DNA of 61,892 nucleotides, the filler included. It is 14 parts of 14 records of this genome, joined end to end, with 100 filler letters (N's around TTAATTAATTAA, not from the genome) between each part and the next. Parts side by side here need not be neighbours in the genome. Positions count along the whole stretch, not along the records: positions 12,876 to 16,776 come from SRR15195285_3458; positions 16,877 to 20,462 come from SRR15195285_3459; positions 20,563 to 24,543 come from SRR15195285_3461; positions 24,644 to 29,740 come from SRR15195285_3463; 10 more parts are not named here. One strand, 5' to 3'. Below the pieces are notes generated by a model. That model had not been told where the DNA came from, searched no databases, and saw only the letters and a program-made list of their open reading frames with translations. Every line of letters starts with the position of its first letter. Positions within the stretch are counted from its first letter, which is position 1. Both the position numbers and the translations under genes were made by a program. Positions 13,027 to 24,716 of this stretch are shown here, in pieces.

Positions 13027-14316
13027 CTAGCGCTGTTTCGCCTTGTCGCCTGCGAGCACGCTGTCCATCAAGAGAGCAGAGCAGAGCGCCATGACTAGGC
13101 ACAGCCCCGCGCAGAGCTGCGAGATGGCGATCAGGCCGCCCTGCGCCTGGACCGCGCCACCGATGAGGGGTGCAAAGATGCGAACCGCAGATCCGATCCC
13201 CATGTCGATCCCGATGATCGTGCCAGTTGTCGCCTTGCTGACCGACTTGGTGAATTGCGCGGTGGAGATGGAGCGGACGATGGTGAAGGCAGCCGTGATT
13301 GGGATCAGCAGCATCATGAACTGCAGGCAGGCGAGGTTGGTGGTGTAGCCAACCACTGGCAGCTGCACAGAAGTCTCCTTTCCGGTCGTGGAAAGCGGCG
13401 TGGCCAGGAACACGACGGACAGGATGACGCCGATGCCGATGTTGATGTTCCGGTCACTGAACGTGCCCGTGACGTACTTGACGAGGCCGCACAGCTGCAC
13501 AATCATGCCCACGCCCGCCATGTAGGAGGTGAGCATGCCCAGCATCTGCGTGTCGATGCCGAAGTCTGTTTCGGCGATGCCGCCGTAGAAAGTCGAGTGC
13601 CAGATGGACATCGCCATGGCGCCGCCGACCTTGATCACGGCGAGCACGATCACCGCCGGCTGCGTGATGACGGCCAGGCACGCGGCCAGGCTGAACGGCT
13701 CGCGCGGCTCGCTGGCCTTGGAGCTCGGCGTGAACTTGCGCTCGTCCGAGAGCAGCAGCTGGATGGAGGCGCAGCTGATCACGGAGCCCACGGCCGCGAT
13801 CCACGCGCTGGTCGTGAGGTCCGTCTGGCCGAGCCAGCCGCCGAGCACGGGGCCGAAGAGCATGCCGACGCCGTAGGCGACGGAGTTGAAGCCCAGCATG
13901 TACGCGCGCTCCTTGGGCTCCGTGCGGTCCGTGATGAACGCGGCGGCGCCCATGAAGGCGTGCTGGAAGACGGTCGGGATCTGTGAGACGTAGAGCATCG
14001 TCATGTCGGTGGCCTGCGCCTGGAGCAGGTAGCAGAGGGCGGAGGAGGCGAAGGAGAGCAGCAGCAGGTTCTTGGAGCCGAAGCGGTCGGACAGCACGCC
14101 CGAGACCAGGCCGCCGCCCAGCTGCATCATGCCGTTCATCGACTGGAACTGCGCCCAGTCCTGCGAGCTGTCCTCGCCCACGACCAAGGCCTTGACCGTC
14201 GCGGGCAGCACGGGCTGCTGCATCTGGAAGCAGAAGGCGTACATCGCCAGGTTGACGTACACCACCAGCAGCTGGCCGTCCACGCCCCCGCGCCCCCGCC
14301 CGGCGCCGCCGCCCAT
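13027..14316 (-). CDS. MFS transporter (SLC22A18/TetA-like drug:H+ antiporter type)
   Basis: About 12 hydrophobic segments, MFS motif A GVLSDRFGSK, ITDRTEPKERA, GMLFGPVLGG. Intronless. First ATG at 14316, though the ORF is open further upstream. Confidence 0.9.
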   Translation of the reverse strand: MGGGAGRGRGGVDGQLLVVYVNLAMYAFCFQMQQPVLPATVKALVVGEDSSQDWAQFQSMNGMMQLGGGLVSGVLSDRFGSKNLLLLSFASSALCYLLQAQATDMTMLYVSQIPTVFQHAFMGAAAFITDRTEPKERAYMLGFNSVAYGVGMLFGPVLGGWLGQTDLTTSAWIAAVGSVISCASIQLLLSDERKFTPSSKASEPREPFSLAACLAVITQPAVIVLAVIKVGGAMAMSIWHSTFYGGIAETDFGIDTQMLGMLTSYMAGVGMIVQLCGLVKYVTGTFSDRNINIGIGVILSVVFLATPLSTTGKETSVQLPVVGYTTNLACLQFMMLLIPITAAFTIVRSISTAQFTKSVSKATTGTIIGIDMGIGSAVRIFAPLIGGAVQAQGGLIAISQLCAGLCLVMALCSALLMDSVLAGDKAKQR

Positions 14317-14972
14317 CGCCAAGCGTCTCGCGCCCCCCACGTAGCCCAGCAAGGCCACTGCGCCCTCCAGCGCCAGCAGCACCAGCGCACGTGGCCCCCC
14401 GGAAGCCTCCAGCTTCAGCCGGCTGGCTGGCTCCCTACTGTACTATGAATATACAGTAGCTGCGGTCCTGAATGGCCGACAGGCAGATCCAGCATGGGCG
14501 GTACTATCACAGTACTCGTCGGCGGTGGATCTACATGATCATGTATTCTTGATGCGGCAATCATGTGAACAGCTATTAATGCCCTGTGGCTCGGCTGTGC
14601 GGCCTCACTCACTCACCGCAGCGATCATTCATCGAAGAGAAGCTGCTGGCCGTTTGCGGGGATCCCTCCCTCCCTCTCCCTCCCTCCCTGGGCATGGAAT
14701 CAGCCGAAGGCGTCTTCCTACTAGTACGCTAGGATCCTACATTCGACAGCTGGTTCTGGAAATGTACCGGTAGATCGATCGATCCGCAGAATGGAACTGG
14801 ATTCTCCAGTGTGTTCTCTGCATTGTACCGCCACGCCACACCGAGTCCAGTGCGGATACTCAGATACTGACCGGTAGAGCCGTAGTGTCGATTAGTGAGT
14901 GATCTCGTTGCATACATTGTAGTATAGTATAGCATACTGGTAGCGTAGTGGCATCGCATTGCGGGGGCTGGG

Positions 14973-16116
14973 ATGGCGAAGTACGACAAGGAGGGCTGCA
15001 AGGCCTTCGTGGACGACCTCAAGACCCTCGACGGCGAGACCTCATGGTAGGTCACGCACAACACACAACAACACACAACAACAACACACAACACCAACAC
15101 AACGCGGCGACGCGCACACCGCAGGCCGTGCTCAACGCACGCCAAGGCCGCGCCAGCCAAGCCCTCACCCGCAGCGAGCTCTGCGCCGCTCCTTCCGCCG
15201 CCGCCCCCCCGCGCCCCCCCCCTTTCCCCGTGCGCGCAGTGCGGCACGCCTTGGCTCACCCAGCGCCGCCCCCCTCACGGCGCAGGATCCTCTTCGGGTA
15301 CGAGGGCCAGAAGATCGTCCCGAAGGCGAAGGGGGCCGGCCCGATCGACGGCCGCACGGACCAGATCGACGGCGCCGGCGTGGACGAGTGGCTGGCCAAC
15401 CTCAACGACGACGAGGTGCAGTTCTCGCTGCTCAAGATGACCATGGGCGACCGCGAGAGCAAGCGGCCGAAGTTCGTGATGGTCACGTGGATCGGCGCCA
15501 GCGTCGGCGTCATGAAGAAGGCCAAGGCCGGCATGCACGGCGGCACGGTCAAGGAGTTCGTCGGCCAGATCCACAACGAGATGCAGGAGGACGACAAGGA
15601 GTCGCTGACCTTCGACATCATCCGCAAGAAGGTCAAGTCGGCGATGGGCGCGGACTACGACATGGGCTCCAACTCGCGCCAGGCCGGCGGCAAGGGCGTG
15701 GCCAACAGCTACAAATCCCAGCAGTCGGACATCAAGGCGAAGGCCAAGGCCGCGTACCAGCAGGCCGAGAAGGACACAACCATCGGCGCGGTCGTCTTCG
15801 ACCAGGGCCCGCTGACTAAGGGCATCACCGCGTGCGACCTCGGCGGCAGAGCCACGACGGCCTCGAACACCGACGCGAAGAAGAACATGTCGAAGGTGAT
15901 GGTCGACTCGACGGGCGAGGTCGGCAGAGAGGAGGGTGCTCATGGTGCGTGCTCTCTCCACCCCCACGCCGCGCCTCGCTAGACGCTGCCGCCGCCGCCC
16001 GCGCCGATGGCATCGCTCGCACGCGACCGGCCAGCCGCAACAGCAGCAGAGAGCACGCGCCAGCTGACAGTTAGGCGACCCACGCATCCGCTGTGGACCG
16101 TCCAGTCCGCAAGTGA
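14973..16116 (+). CDS. Coactosin-like ADF-H actin-binding protein with a C-terminal extension
   Basis: MAKYDKEGCKAFVDDLKTLDGETSW|ILFGYEG (intron 15047-15285), then GDRESKRPKFVMVTWIGASVGVMKKAK and KSAMGADYD. The last small exon is inferred (...AHVRK*). Confidence 0.85.
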
Positions 16117-16662
16117 CGCCGCACCACCCGAGCGGGATGGCCAGCGACCCGTCACGTCAGAGCGCCAGCAGTTTAATGTTGCTCACCTGTGCACACGTAT
16201 GCATGCGCGTTTGTTTCTGTGCCAACCACGTGTTGTTCGTCAAATTTTGTTTGTCAACGGTGGATGGTAAATAGGTCGAGGTGAGAGTGCGCACGTTTCG
16301 CGTAGTCTAGGCCAAGCTCGGCCATTACCCGGACAGTTACGTAGTGGTCTTTAGCTCAACCGGCCAGTCGGCTAATCAGTCAGTTAGTTAGACAAACGAT
16401 TGATTAGTCAGCCAGGATCCAATTTTTGCTGGGAAGTTTTGAGAGCTCATTTTGTGCATCTGTCTGTCTATTTCCCTCCTGGGTTGGCGACATCTACTCT
16501 GGATGATACGCGTGGCACAGTAAGTACGAGCACGAGATCTTGGCTTAACCCAGACGCGCCGCAGGCGCCAGCTTAGCCACCGCGCGTGCGCACGCTCACG
16601 CTAGGCGCAGACCTTTCATGGTTTTCAGCACAGCGCCGGATCGACATTCCGTTTATCGGCGT

Positions 16663-16776
16663 ATGATTGTTGCATTTTGCTCACGCTTGCTGCTGGTTGC
16701 GTCAATATTTGCAGAAGGTGGCTCTTCCCCGAAGCCAGCACCAGCACCGGCGCCGGCGCCGGCGCCGGCGCCGGCG
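16663..16776 (+). CDS. 5' end of a secreted protein (signal peptide plus Pro-Ala repeat), truncated by the contig end
   Basis: MIVAFCSRLLLVASIFA followed by PKPAPAPAPAPAPA running into the gap. Confidence 0.45.
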
Positions 16777-16876
16777 NNNNNNNNNNNNNNNNNNNNNNNN
16801 NNNNNNNNNNNNNNNNNNNNTTAATTAATTAANNNNNNNNNNNNNNNNNNNNNNNNNNNNNNNNNNNNNNNNNNNN

Positions 16877-19800
16877 GTGCCTTGATCTGGTCGAGCAGCG
16901 GGGCCCAAGCAACGCCGAAGAGTGTCGCGGCGCTGCGTGCTCCAACGGCGCTTCCATTTGGCAGTGGGGTGGCGGCTGCTGGATCGGCCTGCCACCGTTC
17001 AACTGCACGCACGGTCCATCCCCAGGAGGTATCGTCGGTGGAGGGAGAATGAACGCCCCACCCCCGGGCGAGAAACCGTGCCTCCCTGGGATGCCATGCG
17101 AGCCCTCTTATGACGATACTGGCTGGGCTGAGCGCACGGTGCCGCACGACTTCGTGATCGAAGGCACTGTGGACCCGACTCTTGACCCGAACCATGGTGC
17201 TCTGGCTACCAACGTCTCCTGGTATCGACGCAAGTTTACCCTTCCTGAGTCTGCAAGGGATCAGCTGGTGTGGCTGTCTTTCGATGGGGTGTACCGCAAT
17301 GCTGACGTGTATCTGAATGGTGCGCTAGTCAAGCACCACACCGAAGCCTACACATCTTTCCACGCCTACCTCCACAACGCATCGGCAAAGCTGCGATTCG
17401 GTGCTGCGGAGACGAACGTCGTGGCAGTTTTTGTCGACGCCACCCAGTCAGAGCTGTGGGCGTACGAAGGCGGCGGTATCTACAGGCACGTTTGGCTCGA
17501 AACAGCCTCCACTCTGTCCGTGGTGCCGTGGGGTTTCGCGTTCACGACGTATGTCAACGGAACTATCACTGGAGATGATGCCACTCAGCCACAGACTACA
17601 GACAGCGCCCTCGCACTGCCTCAGCTAGACCTTCAGAACGCAGGTACTCTCGAGGAGAACGTGACGGTTCGCTTTACCCTTGCCGACAGTGATGGATCCC
17701 ACGTCCTGAGCTCGTCTGGGTACCAAGTGAGCATCCCCGCGGGTGGGTGGAAGCGCCTTGCACCGGGAGGCGGCCCGTTCGGCTCCGAACCACTCGGCTT
17801 CGGAACCACAGCTGAGCCAATTCGGCTGTGGAATACTGCCGACAGCCCACCACTATACACAGCGACAGCATCTGTGCTAAGTGCAGATGGGACCAAAGTC
17901 ATCGATTCTGTGTCCACAACCGTCGGGGTGCGGGATGCACTATTCGACGCGCGTCATGGCTTCCTTTTGAATGGTGCAAAGGTCCTCGTTAAGGGTACTT
18001 CAAATCACCTTGGTTTTGGCGGCGTGGGCCTGGCAGTCCCAGACAGGATCATGGAATATCAAATCGCGACCCTCAAGGCCATGGGCGCCAACGCGTATCG
18101 CACTGCGCATAACCCAGTCGCTCCAGAGCTACTCGAGTACGCTGACCGGTACGGAATGCTCGTGTGGGAGGAGAACAGGTTCCTGACACCAGTAAGCTAC
18201 ATTGTCTCGATGAGTATTTTCAACTATGTGATGAGACACCCCTCGTGCATTGTTCTCAGGGCGTAGTACCACTTGGCGAGCCAGAGGTCGATGACTTCCC
18301 GGTGCCGGAAGTTGAGTTGCGCGAGCCCCGGCTGTTGCGTGCCGAGCCCTCGCGGTTTGGTGGCATCGATACCCTACCACCAGGCGAGCCAGTGCTACCT
18401 CCGAAGTACAACGGCGAAAGTACCGGACCGACTGCCGAGTCGGTCCTGCTCCAGGATGCGCAAGATATGGTAATTACTCCGGAGAATGGCCATCTTGACC
18501 ACGTGACCTCTTTGGATTCAAATATGTACTGATGCCTTAAACTACTCATCACCTGTCAGGTGCTTCGCGACCGCAACCACCCATCGATTGTGATCTGGAG
18601 CCTCTGCAACGAGCTAGGCTGTCTGACAAATGACCCGAACGGTGGAGAGTAAGTCGCCCACAGCACATTGATCTATTCAAGAAGTGATCGTTCTCATGGT
18701 TTTGGCTGCTCCAATAGTATCGTGGTCCAGTTCAAGCAGGCAATCCAGGCGGTGGACACATCCAGACCGATTACCGGAAACACAGTCCAGGCGCACTTCT
18801 TCCACAATGAACAAGAATGTGACTGTACCAACCCGTCGCAATCGGCCGCATGTTCAAACTGCCAGAAGTTTGGTGATAATGCTGCTGCCGCTATGGATGT
18901 CCAGTCTTTCTCCTGTGAGTGCTTGGCAGTCTGGCCAAACTTGTATGACTTGTTCACCAGCTTTCGCGGCTGTATCGCATGGAGATCTTCTCTGAGAGGC
19001 TAGGGTATTTTGTACAGACGAGTACGATGTATATGAGAAATATCATCGATTGACACCGTGGAAGGCCGTTGGAGGTGGCGAGAGTTGTAGTTGCACAACC
19101 GACCGCGGCGAGTTCGATCCCGATCCGGAGGCGCACTCTGGACACACTGGACCCAGTGGATCACAGCTGGGAGGGCTGTTTGAGTGCATTGAGGCCTCTT
19201 GGGCGAGCGTGGCACGCACCAAATACGTGTACGGGAATTTTGCCTGGACAGGTACGCAACAACTGGTAGTTCGTCGTTGTTGCACATGAAGGTGTCACAA
19301 CAACTTCACCGCTGCAGAATTTCACGAAGCATCTCGCTCTCTCCCTCCCCTCCCCTTCTTTCTCTCTTTCTGTCTCTCTCTTTGTCTCTCAGGTTTTGAC
19401 TATCGAGGTGAGACTGGACCAACCGGATGGCCGGCGATCTCCTCTCACTACGGAATCTTCGACGTGAGGCAGTGCAGCGCGTCACATCAATACGCTGTCT
19501 TAGCGGTAGCTTTCTGATTGTCTGGTGTCGAGCCGTGGTTTCTGTCTCGGCCGAATATGACCGACTAATGCTCGGTTTGCGGATGCAGATCGCTGGATTT
19601 CCCAAGGTGGGGACAGGCTACTATAAAGCGTGGTGGCGCGACCTGGCCAGAGGTTCCGCTCACTTCGGCGTCTCGCTTTCTCCAGACGATTGGACCGCAC
19701 CGACACGGACGGGCAAACCTATAGAAGTTCGGGTAACGACCGCTGCACATTCCGCTGAGCTCTACCTGAATGGCGAGCTGCAACCGGGCGGACGCAAAAC

Positions 19801-20284
19801 AATGCCACTGTACAGCTCGCTAGCGTGGCAGGTACCGTTTGCGAAAGGCAATCTCACCGCTGTGGCATTCGACGCCTCCGGTGCTGTCCTTGCCTCGCAC
19901 ACTGTAGTCTCTGCAGGGCCACGCGCGCGGCTGCGAGCCTCTGTCGCGGACCCGTACCTGCATGGACGCAACGGCTCCGAAATCTCAGCGGATGGCCAGG
20001 ATGTGGCGCTCGTTACGGTCGAGCTTCTAGATTCTGACGACAGACTTGTCCCGAACGCCGACCTTAACGTCACCTTTAGTGTCCAAGGCCCGGGACAAGT
20101 CCTAGGCACGACCAACGGTGACCCGGCTTGCCACGTACCCGCGACGTCACCACGTTGTCCGACTTTCCATGGGCTCCTACGAGGCATCGTGCGGTCCTCT
20201 GGACCCGGGGCACGGGGTGACATCATTGTAAATGTTGAAGGCGAGGGCCTTGGCTCGACCCAAGTGTCGTTGAGTGCTGTGTGA
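16877..20284 (+). CDS. Glycoside hydrolase family 2 (beta-galactosidase-like), 5' partial, about 7 exons
   Basis: WYRRKF, FDGVY, YEGGGIYRHV, MGANAYRTAHNP, RDRNHPSIVIWSLCNE (acid/base), FAWTG|FDYRGE, YGIFD|IAGFPK, ADGQDVALVTV. All inferred introns are GT-AG. A small Cys-rich module lies at the N-terminus. Confidence 0.93.
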
Positions 20285-20434
20285 CGCCAATGCAATTTCT
20301 TTGCGTCTATCGTACCACGGTCTCTTTCTCTGGTGCCGAGAGTTGTCGAGCCTTACATCAATAGACAGCCTGCTGGAACAGGGCAAGCTAACCACCGAAG
20401 AACGCGAGCGTGTCACGTATGTGTCGCAACACAC

Positions 20435-20456
20435 TGACTGAAAATGAGAGTTCATT
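20435..20456. repeat. Dispersed repeat copy (TGACTGAAAATGAGAGTTCATT) at a contig end
   Basis: Same sequence as 43116-43151, where it carries a short internal insertion. Confidence 0.6.
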
Positions 20457-20562
20457 CATGGANNNNNNNNNNNNNNNNNNNNNNNNNNNNNNNNNNNNNN
20501 NNNNNNTTAATTAATTAANNNNNNNNNNNNNNNNNNNNNNNNNNNNNNNNNNNNNNNNNNNN

Positions 20563-23500
20563 CTGCTCTTCGGTTGCTGCAATGATGAACTGTGTGCCCT
20601 TAGAGGTCCGCATCGCGAGCCCAAAACCGGACGCCCCCGCCGGTGTTCGCGCCACGACTTCCAGCAGGGTGTGGTTTTTGCTCTTAGTGTCATTTGCGCA
20701 CCTCTTCTCGTCCTTCGCCCATACGAGCTCCGGTTTGCCGTGTCGATCTTCCACGATCTTGAAGTAGCGCTCATGCTTCATGCCTTTTGTTTTCTCCACC
20801 TTGTTGCCTGCTGACTTACCGAACAGCACCATCTTTGTGGGCTGTTGTACGGCACGCATTACCTGCTGCTTTGTAGTCGCCTCGTGATGCACATGCCTCA
20901 TCCCCCCTGTGCTCTGCTGCTTCTTCTTCTCGGAGAAGCGCTCTACCGTCAGCTGCGACGGCAACTGCGCTCGGCACGCCATCACAATCTCGGCAGCCTC
21001 TCGAGATTCCATTGTGACAAGAGCCCAGGATGTATTCTCTCCAGATTTCTTGTCAATCCGGTGCCGAATTGTCGCTTGTTCCACCCGCAACCGGCCGCCA
21101 GCTCCATCGTCCAACGCAAAGACTCTACGCAGAGCCTCTTCGGACTCAAAGCCATCGCCGACGCCGCGAACGTGCAACTGCGACCCCACCGGGGCTGCAC
21201 GCGCATCAGCAGCGGCAGGAGCAGCTGCAGGAGCAGGCCCCGTGACTGGCGACGGTGGCGGCGGTACTGCCTCTTCAGCTGCATCAGCGACCGTTTTGGC
21301 GGCCCCGCGAGCCACGCCACGGCTGTCACCTTCGGCAGTTTCCATCTTGCGGATGCGCGAAAGGCCGGCAGCACTCATCTCTAACCCAAGAGCAAGTGGA
21401 CGCGTGCTCTTATTCTTGGACAGCTGCTTAAGCCCGTGTTGGCTGTTCTTGAGCAACGTTCCCTGGACGCTTGTGATCACGTGCCCAACCATGATCGCGC
21501 CACCCTTCTGCCAGGCCTGACCTCCCTCGGTGATGCTCTTGATTTCCAACTTGTCCATGGCATTTGCAGCGTACTCAAATCCGAGAGGCCCAGGCTCCTT
21601 GAATTCCACAACCGTAGGAGCCATGATAACAGAGGAGGTGACCGTCTGCAAACTTGGCCGCGGCTGTGCTGGATTCCCGCCCACACGGACCGCTGCGTGC
21701 ACAGCGCGACCGGCCGCTTTGAATGTCGTCCCGCCACCTGATTGTGACGGTGCGCTAGTGGCCCCTCCTGCCGCCGCACCACCTGCAGCACCACTCGAAG
21801 GCTGCTGCGGTGGGGCCACAACACCGCTCTTTTGAAGCTTCTCGATACGTTTCTGATGCTCGCGCATCACGCGAGAGAGCTCACCGGCCCCAGCCAGAGT
21901 TACAAACTCGAGCTTCCCGCCCTGCGCCGTACGGAAGTACTCCACAAACTCTTCGAAATCGATTAGGCCGTCATTGTCCTTATCCATTTCGTAGATGGCT
22001 GTCGAGAGCTCTTGGTCTGTGAGCGCCTGACCAAGCTTCGCTGCGGCCTGCTGTACCTCTTCGCGATCGAGAGTGTCTGATCCGTCCTTGTCAATGCTGT
22101 CAAACACGTCGCGTACAGTCGCCATCTCCGCCGTCTGGATCTGCAGGTTAGGTAGGCCCGATTCACGTTTCAGAGTCAATTCATCCTCCACAGCGTTGTC
22201 CGTGGCCTGGGCAGATGTGAACGTGATGAGTCCCCAGTTTCCCTGCTTGGACTTGCTCGGCCTTTTCTTGCGCTCTTTGTCGGTGCAGATGTGGACTGTC
22301 GCATCGATGACAGTGCCGAATCTACGGAATTTGTCTTTCAAAAATTCCTCGTCCTCCCACTGTTCGCCCTCGAGGCCACCGACGTACACTGTACGGCTGG
22401 AGATGGTTTCGTCGTCCTCAGGAGGAACGGGCTTGTCTTCAGTCGATGGGCGCTCACGGACCGGCCTTGTCGACCCAGTCTCGACGTTGACTTGCATTCC
22501 TTTTCTCAAGTCCACGCGGTATTCCACTCGGGAATGTTGGCCTCCTTCGAGCGTACAAACTTTGTGATACGTGACAACCTTGTCACCCCGCTGCTTAGCA
22601 GCGTTCAGTTGCGCCTGCTGTTCCTCCCGGAATCTCTGCCATGTTTCGCCCACAAATAACTCATACACGGCCATGCCAGGCTCGACGAAATCGCAGTAAT
22701 CGAACAGCTCTTCGTACACTTTCCTGAACAGGTGCGCTTGCTCGGATGACAGCGGGGGACGATTTGCCATGCCCGTGTCCAGGAGTTGTCGGGTTGTTCT
22801 AATGTCGTATATCGCACCCGAGATCGAATCCTGCGCCTGCTTGATCTTCGGCTTGCCGTTGCGCAGATTCTGGTACCACGGGGTTTTCAGATACTCACAC
22901 TTGTGGGAGGGCCCGCACCACGGTTCCGGACCGGTCTGCAGTCGGTCGAAGAGCATCTGGTGCATCTTTGACACCGAATCAAATAGGCGATCTAGGCGCT
23001 GCAGCTCCTCGGTGAAGCGCTGCAGGAACTTTGAAGTCGCAGCTGCAGCGTTCATGGAGAACAGGACCTCGCCGAACTCTGTGGCTTTGTCCTTTTCTGT
23101 CCCGACGATGTGTAGACAGTGCGCGATTTCAGGCAGAACCTCACGGCCGATCTCCAGTAGATCGTGGAGGCACTTTTCTGTCATGCTAGCCAATGACTGG
23201 TTGAAGCCTTGCGGCACTTCTTTCTCGGCCTGCTGAATGAATTTCGGCAGCCCGACCTGCCCTGGATTTTGCCGACCGAGCGCTAGCAGTTGCGCTGTGG
23301 CCAGTTCCACCGATGCGAAGTCGTCGGCACTGTCCTCGGCTTCCTTGTCCCCGGCTTTGAGCGCGTGCATTCTGGCCGCCATCTCTCGCTTGCCTTGCTC
23401 GTCCGCGGCGTGTGGCAGGATGTCAGACAACGCGGCGCGCAGGTGTTCGTCCTGGCGCAGCGGCGCGAAAAGCCGGTGGTACAACCGGTTGTTGCCCTTG

Positions 23501-24381
23501 CCTACGTACTCAGTGATCGGGCTGAACTCGCTCCGTTTCACCTCCCCATGCAGGAATTTCTCGAGTGTGGCCAAGTCCACAGCTTGACTGGTGCGGCAGT
23601 CGTTCAGGACATACGGTAGGGCTTTGAGTGAGTTCCCGAGCACGGTGCGAACCTTGATGATCACTTCGCCGAGCAGCTCCGCGCTGCGGCGCTGCGCAAG
23701 CTCTTTCTCCTTTTCGGTGATCCAGTGCTCCAGCTGGTCCCCAAGCTTGCGCAGGATGCTCGACAGCCGCTGCTCGCGCTCAACGGCCGACCTCTCCGAC
23801 TTGGCCTTGCCCCACGCTGAGAGCCTGTGCTCCGGATCGAGCTGCTCGATCATGCGCACCTCGCGCAGGTAGTCGATGCGGCTCTTGAGGCGGTCCTGCC
23901 ACCCTGCCTTGGTCTCGAGCAGGTCCGGTGGCAGGTCGACCAGCACCCAGTCGCGCAGCTCGAGCACCACCTGCCGCAGCGCGCTGTCGGGCAGCGGGTC
24001 GCCGGTCTGGTCGTTGTCGAGCTGCATCAGCAGCTCGCGTGCCTCCATGATCCGCAGATCGTCGTAGTCCACCGCAGCCTCGAGCCGGTCGCCGAGCTTG
24101 GCCGCGTGGCACTGCGTCATCGGCCGCTCGATCGGAGCTTCGCAGGTGCACTGGTCCGCCTCTCCGCTGTGGATCATGCACTGCAGGATGAAGAAGTCCG
24201 GCCGCGGCCCGCCGACCGTGTTCTGGTAGGCGTTCGCGACCTGCTCGAGGTACTCCTTCTCCTTCTCCGGGAAGGTCGTTTTCCAGCGGTTGATCGCCTG
24301 CTTCAGCCCCATGATCAACACCCCCGCGGCCTTCCCCCCGCCCCCCGCGTGCATCTGCATCTGCGTCGCGATACCCTCCAT
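20563..24381 (-). CDS. Large multidomain protein: helical N-term, WWE, RRM, EF-hand pair, PDZ, RRM, PH-like (3' partial)
   Basis: WWE-like WQRF...YRVDLRKGMQVNVETGSTRPVR; RRM TVYVGGL...FRRFGTV...WGLITF; EF loops DKDGSDTLDREE and DKDNDGLIDFEEF; PDZ EPGPLGFEY...VGHVITSVQG; second RRM LHVRGV...SWALVTM; PH-like HERYFKI...LVWAK. Confidence 0.8.
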
Positions 24382-24716
24382 CGCCTCCGCTACCTACTGC
24401 TCCACCGCAGGCCAAAAACCAACACCGCAGCCTCCCTCCGCAAGGACCAAAAAAATCTGCCAAAAACCTCACGCGCACGGGCCCGCTGCTCCTCTGCCCA
24501 CCGGCCCGCACCCGGGGGGGGGGGGGGGGGGGGGGGCCCCCCCNNNNNNNNNNNNNNNNNNNNNNNNNNNNNNNNNNNNNNNNNNNNTTAATTAATTAAN
24601 NNNNNNNNNNNNNNNNNNNNNNNNNNNNNNNNNNNNNNNNNNNACTATTGAGTGGGGCGAAAAAGCGGACTTTTTATATATTATATATATTAAGAGCCTC
24701 ATACTGTTGAGTGGGG

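Noticed and set aside
13255-16087. Long antisense and alternate-frame ORFs over the MFS and coactosin genes (and similar ones elsewhere)
   Set aside because: Shadow ORFs expected from high GC3 codon usage; they contain no domain motifs.
15915-16116. Apparent non-canonical intron at the coactosin 3' end
   Set aside because: A canonical GTGCGT...CCAG intron gives a sensible ending (AHVRK*).
16663-17050. Signal peptide/Pro-Ala ORF as the missing N-terminus of the GH2 gene on the next contig
   Set aside because: Plausible, but the junction is an artificial spacer, so adjacency is not evidence. Read-pair links would be needed.
24644-24716. Direct repeat ACT(A/G)TTGAGTGGGG flanking a TA-rich run upstream of a gene
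   Set aside because: A single short instance at a contig edge; it could be a TATA-like region or an assembly artefact.
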